Under the pieces are notes generated by a model. It searched no databases, was not told the DNA's origin, and saw nothing but the letters and a program-made list of their open reading frames with translations. 20,000 nt of DNA from Asterionella formosa (taxonomy: Eukaryota), in assembly GCA_002256025.1 (NCBI GenBank), contig NKIB01005148.1, positions 117,233-137,232 of the forward strand, read 5' to 3'. Both the position numbers and the translations under genes were made by a program. Below are positions 19,315 to 20,000 of this stretch, in pieces; the stretch's first letter is position 1, and every line of letters begins with the position of its first letter.

Positions 19315-19620
19315 GGTACCGGTAACTCTACTTGGTAACAGATACCAGGTACTGATCTAATATAATACCGGTACACACTTTCAATGAATCGAGAATGGCA
19401 TTATAGTATACCGGGTACAGCTGTCGTACTAGAAACCTTCGGCGCGAAACTGCGCGGAAAAGAGCAAGAAGTGCAACTGCCTGCTTGTTGTTTAATCATC
19501 CTCAACTCAAAGACCGGTACAAGGTACCGGAGTAAGCCAACTTTATGATTTTTTTGTTATATATAATATCACGGTATGATACAGATACACTACGGATACC
19601 ACTACACCGGTACACCGGTA
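19315..19620. promoter_or_regulatory. TACCGGTA/ACCGGTA motif cluster in a divergent intergenic region
   Basis: TACCGGTA is at 19317 and 19366, TACCAGGTA at 19343, TACCGGGTA at 19409, ACCGGTA at 19513, 19606 and 19614, and GGTACC at 19315 and 19523. The cluster lies between starts at 19303(-) and 19721(+). Confidence 0.45.
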
Positions 19621-19720
19621 AATGTTTTCTCGTTTGAATGTAAAATTTATATCATTTTGGTCAACTCCCCTCCCGCCAGTTTTTGTCATACCAGTACATA
19701 TATTCTACCCCCACATCGAA

Positions 19721-20000
19721 ATGAAACGAAGAGCTTGGGTACTCTCCACATTTTCCACATTTCTTGTTGTGGCAATGCTACACTTTCTGACAACATCAAA
19801 GTGGCTGTTTATCGCGATGAATTCGATTGCCCAAGCATCGCCATCTGACGACGCCATTTATCCAATACATGTCGAGAAAGGTGACGTCGTTGAGCCTGCA
19901 ACACAAATGCATGCTTTAATGATTACCAAAAGAAAAGCTGCTATTGCAACGATTAATTCCACCATGCTTTCACGTGTGCATCGTACAGCCTCGACGGGAA
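19721..20000 (+). CDS. 5' part of a putative type II membrane/secretory protein (runs off the window)
   Basis: The frame from the ATG at 19721 is open to the window end: MKRRAWVLSTFSTFLVVAMLHFLTTSKWLFIAMNS... It has a basic N-terminus plus a hydrophobic helix. It is absent from the ORF track, presumably because no stop lies in the window. Confidence 0.55.
   Translation, partial: MKRRAWVLSTFSTFLVVAMLHFLTTSKWLFIAMNSIAQASPSDDAIYPIHVEKGDVVEPATQMHALMITKRKAAIATINSTMLSRVHRTASTG

Noticed and set aside
18139..19360. Several plus-strand ORFs opposite the F-box gene
   Set aside because: They are antisense shadows of a well-supported CDS.
1..20000. CRISPR array, tRNA/rRNA genes, or a prokaryotic operon/defence system
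   Set aside because: I saw no regularly spaced repeats or recognisable structural RNA, and the gene content and intron are eukaryotic. Neighbouring genes show no evidence of forming one pathway.

Overview
This is eukaryotic DNA, very probably from a diatom. The inference rests on two DUF6824-type genes, a CoDi-like Ty1/copia element, bipartite signal-peptide-plus-Phe plastid presequences and a 101-nt GT-AG intron. Intact-looking genes are two DUF6824 paralogues (2126-2812 and 5058-5774, both minus), a MOSC-domain gene between them, a spliced 610-aa thioredoxin (WCKAC) + cyclic-nucleotide-binding + EF-hand protein with a plastid-type presequence (12837-14770), a secreted and probably GPI-anchored DOMON-like/EB_dh heme-binding protein (16211-17224), an F-box/LRR protein (18149-19303, minus) and the start of a type II membrane protein at the right edge. 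The stretch of about 6.2-12.6 kb is mostly decayed transposons: an internally deleted Ty1/copia LTR retrotransposon (7077-~11085) joined to a pogo/Tc1-mariner-like transposase remnant. The left edge holds an ankyrin-repeat pseudogene and a small TIR element. The best candidates for something undescribed are the Trx-cNMP-EF-hand fusion (a possible plastid redox/cNMP/Ca2+ integrator with an Arg-to-Met change in the phosphate-binding cassette) and a palindromic TACCGGTA/GGTACC motif clustered upstream of genes, with GGTACC variants in the LTRs. All domain calls are by motif recognition only. No database searches were run, so novelty is unverified.
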